Below, in pieces: positions 59,157 to 64,000 of a DNA stretch of 64,000 nt. Every line of letters starts with the position of its first letter. Position 1 is the stretch's first letter. The notes under the pieces are model-generated. The model was not told where the DNA came from and did no database searches. It saw only the letters and a program-made list of their open reading frames with translations. The translations under genes were made by a program, and so were the position numbers. This DNA is from an uncultured virus (IMG/VR IMGVR_UViG_3300011906_000001) (lineage: Duplodnaviria; Heunggongvirae; Uroviricota; Caudoviricetes), in the IMG/VR virus record IMGVR_UViG_3300011906_000001, positions 124,001 to 188,000 of that record; one strand, given 5' to 3'.

Positions 59157-59792
59157 ATGTCGGATGATACCTCAAAACCCACCCTTCCTGAGGGGTTTGC
59201 AGATGCGTCTATTAAACCCATTGATTTTAAGACAGCGGCTGAGTTAGAAGCCGCTGGGTTTACAGTCGTCTCGGTTCAGGAAGCTATGGGACCGATCGTC
59301 ACAACCATCGGTAATGGCGATAAGGTGTGGGCTGATAATAATGCATCGCCTTATCAGACCGTTTCACCCATCTCAGACAATCCCATGGATCAACCTCCAG
59401 TCGTTATGGAGAAAGTCACTCCTGAAGAAATGTTGACGTTCTTTCGCATGACTATCAACAAGGGGTACATGCCATCGGCAACGGGTGAGATTGAATATAA
59501 CAGCAAGCCTGAATACACCTATGAGGTTAACTCATGGGTGAAGAACAAGAACACAGTTTCCCCAGGCTATGGGGTTCAGTTCTTTAAAGAGATCGATCGT
59601 TGGTTAGGTGGTACTAACCCAACCGATCCGATTTGGGCCTTTATCGAAATAGATAACATCACTGTCGGGTGCAACTTAAATACCGATGAGTTGTATGTAG
59701 CGTTAGTCGGTAGTGATTGGTATCCGTTCACGACGCCTGCGCCTTTGAATCGTTTGGCCTTAGCAAATCATTCAGATTACTGGCTTAAATAA
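59157..59792 (+). CDS. Hypothetical protein
   Basis: GGAG RBS. Confidence 0.65.
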   Translation: MSDDTSKPTLPEGFADASIKPIDFKTAAELEAAGFTVVSVQEAMGPIVTTIGNGDKVWADNNASPYQTVSPISDNPMDQPPVVMEKVTPEEMLTFFRMTINKGYMPSATGEIEYNSKPEYTYEVNSWVKNKNTVSPGYGVQFFKEIDRWLGGTNPTDPIWAFIEIDNITVGCNLNTDELYVALVGSDWYPFTTPAPLNRLALANHSDYWLK

Positions 59793-59828
59793 CTGCATAA
59801 AGCCCTCCCATTATGGGAGGGCTTTATG

Positions 59829-60905
59829 TCATTTCAATAGTCCAATCACACCTTCAAGCTGTTGCTTAAATAGCTTAGCCAATTCAGGATGACTGATCTG
59901 TCCGTGAAGGTTAGCCCATTTGGCTTCAAGTAACGACACCTGCACCTCATTTAGAGGACTTCGATCGGTACGCTTGGCATCCAGTGCCTTTTGAATCAAA
60001 AACTTCACATAGGGCAATCTAGCCAATGCAAAGGTCCATTCATTCTGACGCGTCACGGGATCTTTAGGCAATTGAATGGCATGACGTAGATTAACTTGAG
60101 TAATCATTGGAACCTCTTCAGTCATGGCCTGAATGTCCTTTGAAAACAAAAGCTTCTCTAATACCCCTTGCGCCACCCGTTCAAGCCTCGGAACCATGTC
60201 AGTGATGTAAAAAGGATGAGGTGAGGGGTAGGTTGGGGTCCCAACTCCATTGGCCATACGGCTGATCCGGTTAAAGAAGGCAATGTCCAAATAACTGTCA
60301 ATGGCATTAGGCAGTACGTAACTTCCAATAAACCGATTAACCGAATCCTTCTGGTCTTGAACGTTAACCTGTTCTCTTAACCAGTATCGGTATTGCACAG
60401 CCATCATCGGAACATTGACCGAGGTAACCCCGTATCCTTTCCCCGCCATGGAATTGTTCATGATGGGGAGGTTCACATCCGTTCGGGTGTGATATAAATA
60501 CTTAACAGGACTTAATCGCCGCCAATTCTTTTTAGCATTTGCATAGTCGAAGTCTTCGTAGGTCGATATCAACACCTCTTGGGTCAAAGGACCTAAGGTG
60601 ATACCTTCATGAACCTTCCCTTTAAAGGAGCTGTTCGTTAACCCAAAACCTCGAATCAACCCATCTGTGATGTCTTCAACAAAACGTGCAAATAGATGAT
60701 CGCTATAATCCATGCGAATTGGAATATGTAGCAGGATGTTAGCGAGCAGGTTTTGGCTGTCCACAGCCTTCGGGGCTTTGGCATAATAGGTTTTAACATC
60801 GTTGATCAAGGTCTGATATACCCTGCGAATATAAATCATCTCAGGGTAGGTATAGTTCCCCTTACCACGGGCAGCTTCATTTCTAAAGAGGGTATATAAA
60901 GACAT
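59829..60905 (-). CDS. Conserved chimallivirus protein (phiKZ gp52-like)
   Basis: Position between the polymerase and chimallin on the opposite strand; NWRRLSPV and QYRYW motifs. Confidence 0.7.
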   Translation of the reverse strand: MSLYTLFRNEAARGKGNYTYPEMIYIRRVYQTLINDVKTYYAKAPKAVDSQNLLANILLHIPIRMDYSDHLFARFVEDITDGLIRGFGLTNSSFKGKVHEGITLGPLTQEVLISTYEDFDYANAKKNWRRLSPVKYLYHTRTDVNLPIMNNSMAGKGYGVTSVNVPMMAVQYRYWLREQVNVQDQKDSVNRFIGSYVLPNAIDSYLDIAFFNRISRMANGVGTPTYPSPHPFYITDMVPRLERVAQGVLEKLLFSKDIQAMTEEVPMITQVNLRHAIQLPKDPVTRQNEWTFALARLPYVKFLIQKALDAKRTDRSPLNEVQVSLLEAKWANLHGQISHPELAKLFKQQLEGVIGLLK

Positions 60906-60998
60906 GGAAGATTGATCCGAAAGTAACTGAAGTCTATATCATTCTTGGGAATTAGAGCAACAAGGCTTTAATCAATAAACCCTACTAAGGAGTAATCC

Positions 60999-61178
60999 AT
61001 GAAGCGTTCGGTTATGACCCCTGCATTGAATAATGCGATTAAGGCGTTCGATGAAGCCTATTGGAATCTTAAGAGTCAATTGGAACAACTCGATGCTGAC
61101 GAATTGGATATTCCTTCCAATGAAGTATTGATAGAACATGAACCCTTGATCCAACCAAATGAATCTACTGAAAAATAA
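60999..61178 (+). CDS. Small acidic protein (59 aa, not in the ORF track)
   Basis: AAGGAG RBS; MKRSVMTPALNNAIKAFDEAYWNLKSQLEQLDADE... Confidence 0.6.
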   Translation: MKRSVMTPALNNAIKAFDEAYWNLKSQLEQLDADELDIPSNEVLIEHEPLIQPNESTEK

Positions 61179-61389
61179 ACAATACTTTTGTATGTATGTT
61201 ATGTGAAGAACAATTCGTTCAACTCAGACCTTGACCTTAGAAGTCAGGTCAGTTGCTATGCCGTTGTTTCTCCAAGGATTCTCTTAAAAAAGAGAAAATA
61301 CTGGTTTGGTGCATTCTATGTAAAAGCACCTTTTGACGATCATGACCCTCCCTCACAGGAGGCTTTAAGCTTATGATCCGAAAAAAAAT

Positions 61390-61403
61390 AAAACCTATAT
61401 TAC
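61390..61403 (+). promoter_or_regulatory. Early promoter of chimallin
   Basis: A-tract followed by AAAACCTATATTAC. Confidence 0.75.
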
Positions 61404-61464
61404 TCACCTGAATCTACAGCGCTGTAGAGTTCGCAACAACCCAACCCAATAGGAATATTCCAAC

Positions 61465-63354
61465 ATGGCAATTCAAGACAACGACAAATCCCAAGCTTCT
61501 CAGCAGGCTGAGCAAACCACTGCTCAACCACAGCAGGGTTACAGCCAATCGCAAGGTTATCAGCAGCCGTCCGGTCAGCCTCAGGTCAATGGCCTGGTGA
61601 ACCTCAACAACATCCTGCGTCGTTCCGGTTCCTTCGATGGCACCGAAAGCCGTAGCGCCGAAGCCCTGCAAGCCCTGCGTGATGCTTCCGAAAAAGCGGT
61701 GGCCGCTCAGGCGCTGACCAACGAGCACGAACTGCTTCGCTTTGATCGCGATGCTAACCGTGTCGGCCTGCCATCCATTCTGGTGGTCAAGACCGTCAAG
61801 CGTGAAGGTCAGATCTATGCGATCGTCCGCACCCTGATGCTCGACACCGATGCCGTGCGTCTGAAGCCGCGTGTTCTGCAACTGGGCAACGAGCGTATCG
61901 AAGTCCCGACTCTGCCGCAGCACGTCTTCAACGAAGCGTACTGGAACCGCATTGCAGGCTTTCTGCGTGATCAGCGTGGCATTGCCAACCTGGTCGTCGC
62001 CGATGCCGGCCCGCTGGTGGTCCCGACTGACTTCGACTTCAAAGACAGCCTGAAGGCCACTGCGCTGCTGGTCTCCTCGGTTAACCGTTGCGATGACATC
62101 ATCGCCAAGCTGGTGGGTGAAACCCCGTTCAGCGTCGCGGCTATCAAAGGTCAGGACGAGTTCTTCACCAGCCGTATGGACCTGACCGGTGCTCCGAAGT
62201 ATGACCTGATGGGTAACCCCAAGCGTTCGGATATCGTCATCTCCATGGGTCGTTCTTCCAAGAACACTCAAGGTGCTGATGACTTCTACGATGCTGACAC
62301 CAGCTTCAACAGCCTGTCCTGCTTCGTAAACCTGGAGTACACCCCGCCGCAGGCTCAGCCTCAGGGTCCATGGAATCCCCAGCCGGTTCCGACCCAGCTG
62401 TTCACTCCGACCATCGTAGTGACTGACGTCAGCCAAGCCGAATGGATCACCGCCAACACCGCTGAGCTGTATCTGCTGGCCCTGTCCAACGCTTACCGCG
62501 TAACGGCCAACACTCAGTGGGCGCGTGCTTTCCTGCCGGTTATGGGTAAGAAGAAAGATCCGCGTGACATCGGTGCGCTGGGCTTCCTGGTTCAGAACCA
62601 GAACGGTCAGCCGGGCACCAAGATCAAGACCAAAGGTGAGTCCTTCACCGATGCTGATTTTGTGACCCTGATGCAAACCCTGATCAAGCCGCTGCCGTCC
62701 TTCCTGATCGACATCGACCCGATGGGTGAGAATGCCGCGATTGAAGGTCTGTTCCTGGAAGCTGCTGGTAATGGTCCGAACAAGGCCAAAGCCTCTGAAG
62801 CCATTCTGCGGGCTGCCAACAACCTGACCAACAACGCCATGAGCGAGTTCTTCGATCACACCAAGTTCCCGATCGTTGTTCCGTACAACGTTGATGTGAA
62901 CCTGGGCTACTATTTCGACGAGCATTCTGAGCGTCGTGATATCCGTGATCTGGGTACGCTGGAAATGCTGAACGCCACTGATGGTGATCTGGGTGCTTTC
63001 ACGGCCTGGTATCGTACCATGTGCGACACCTCCATCCCCACTGATCTGCGCATGAAGCAGCGCGCAGGCTTTGAGGAACTGTACCTGGGCTCCAACCTGG
63101 TGCGCACGGGTGTGGCTACTCGCATCATGTTCCATCCACAGTTCATTCAGGCACTCGATGCTGCATGCAGCAAAGTTGGCGTTAACGTCAACTTCGAGAA
63201 CCTGTCCACTGTGTTTGGTGTTCAGCGCTTCACCGGCAACGACCTGGTCGGTCAGTACACCGTACAGGGTGCTGCTCAGATCAACTACGCAGGTGGTCAG
63301 CAGCAAGCAGGCTATGGCATCAACAGCAACTACAACCCCGGTCGGATTTACTGA
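61465..63354 (+). CDS. chmA: Chimallin (phage nuclear shell protein, phiKZ gp54-like)
   Basis: 629 aa with a Q-rich disordered N-terminus, very strong codon bias, early promoter, and position directly before the nvRNAP beta' gene. Confidence 0.88.
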   Translation: MAIQDNDKSQASQQAEQTTAQPQQGYSQSQGYQQPSGQPQVNGLVNLNNILRRSGSFDGTESRSAEALQALRDASEKAVAAQALTNEHELLRFDRDANRVGLPSILVVKTVKREGQIYAIVRTLMLDTDAVRLKPRVLQLGNERIEVPTLPQHVFNEAYWNRIAGFLRDQRGIANLVVADAGPLVVPTDFDFKDSLKATALLVSSVNRCDDIIAKLVGETPFSVAAIKGQDEFFTSRMDLTGAPKYDLMGNPKRSDIVISMGRSSKNTQGADDFYDADTSFNSLSCFVNLEYTPPQAQPQGPWNPQPVPTQLFTPTIVVTDVSQAEWITANTAELYLLALSNAYRVTANTQWARAFLPVMGKKKDPRDIGALGFLVQNQNGQPGTKIKTKGESFTDADFVTLMQTLIKPLPSFLIDIDPMGENAAIEGLFLEAAGNGPNKAKASEAILRAANNLTNNAMSEFFDHTKFPIVVPYNVDVNLGYYFDEHSERRDIRDLGTLEMLNATDGDLGAFTAWYRTMCDTSIPTDLRMKQRAGFEELYLGSNLVRTGVATRIMFHPQFIQALDAACSKVGVNVNFENLSTVFGVQRFTGNDLVGQYTVQGAAQINYAGGQQQAGYGINSNYNPGRIY

Positions 63355-63374
63355 TCGGTTTGAGCGATGCCTCA

Positions 63375-63410
63375 AGAGAGGAGCCCTTCGGGGCTCCTCT
63401 TTTTTTGTTT
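63375..63410 (+). terminator. Intrinsic terminator after chimallin
   Basis: AGAGGAGCCC-TTCG-GGGCTCCTCT followed by a T-tract. Confidence 0.9.
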
Positions 63411-63438
63411 ATCAATCCACGCAAGAGGATGCTTAACT

Positions 63439-64000
63439 GTGGGGATTTATGCCGAAATGGTCGATATGGACGAGGCGTTTAACGCCTTGCCTTATGACCC
63501 TATCCTGGTTAATCAGTTCAATATCAGCATCCCGGAACAAAAGGAAGAATTCCGTCGGCATCTGTATAGCCATTATAAGGACGCAGAATCGATTGACACT
63601 GCTGCAAGCTGTCACTGCGGAACGATTCGGGATGTGCATCGAAAAGGGGTGATCTGTGATGTCTGTAATACCCCTGTCGAGATCACCAATGAAAAGGCCA
63701 TTACGCCTTCGATGTGGATCAAAGCCCCAGAGGGCATAGCAGCGCTAGTCAGTCCTGAAATATGGATCATGTTGGATGGGGCATTGAGTTCTAAGGAATG
63801 CAATTTCTTAGATTATTTAACCAACACCGACTATAGCGTTCAAGCCGATAAGATTTCTTCTAAGGACACTAAGAAGAAATATGACAAACTGGTTGAGAAG
63901 AACCTAGGACGAGGACTTAATAACTTCATCGAACGATTCGATGAGATCATCGAGTTTCTGTTCAGTGCTAACATCATCGACACGAACAAAGGTGAATTCT
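63439..64000 (+). CDS. Non-virion RNA polymerase beta' subunit, N-terminal part (phiKZ gp55-like; runs off the window)
   Basis: GTG start MGIYAEMVD..; zinc site SCHCG...ICDVC, then MWIKAPEG; open to the right edge. Confidence 0.85.
   Translation, partial: MGIYAEMVDMDEAFNALPYDPILVNQFNISIPEQKEEFRRHLYSHYKDAESIDTAASCHCGTIRDVHRKGVICDVCNTPVEITNEKAITPSMWIKAPEGIAALVSPEIWIMLDGALSSKECNFLDYLTNTDYSVQADKISSKDTKKKYDKLVEKNLGRGLNNFIERFDEIIEFLFSANIIDTNKGEF

Noticed and set aside
60972..61154. 60-aa minus-strand ORF
   Set aside because: The plus-strand ORF 60999-61178 with an AAGGAG RBS explains this interval better.
61414..63375. 653-aa antisense ORF over chimallin
   Set aside because: Same codon-bias shadow; the sense strand carries the promoter, RBS and terminator.

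Overview
This is a 64-kb segment of a phiKZ-like, nucleus-forming jumbo phage (Chimalliviridae-like). All assignments come from recognising motifs and gene order; no database search was run. The right half holds the conserved core: large terminase, gp26-28-like virion proteins, tail sheath and tube, gp32-like protein, PhuZ tubulin, gp49-like protein, split family-B DNA polymerase, gp52-like protein, chimallin and the start of the non-virion RNA polymerase beta' subunit. The left half is accessory: thyA C-terminus, HD, DHH, AAA and HNH proteins, a family of processed head proteins, a class II ribonucleotide reductase, DHFR and many small early genes behind TATATTAC-like promoters. Five observations stand out. 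(1) A TnpB-like protein with no RuvC domain sits next to a ~700-nt non-coding region dense in hairpins and repeats. (2) A compact structured ncRNA candidate with a T-loop lies at ~14.9 kb. (3) A CapW/BrxR-type wHTH protein lacks its WYL sensor. (4) An unannotated 53-aa ORF copies the tail-tube C-terminus. (5) A conserved CCCTCCC/GGGAGGG hairpin family is dispersed across the window. No tRNA, rRNA or CRISPR array was found.
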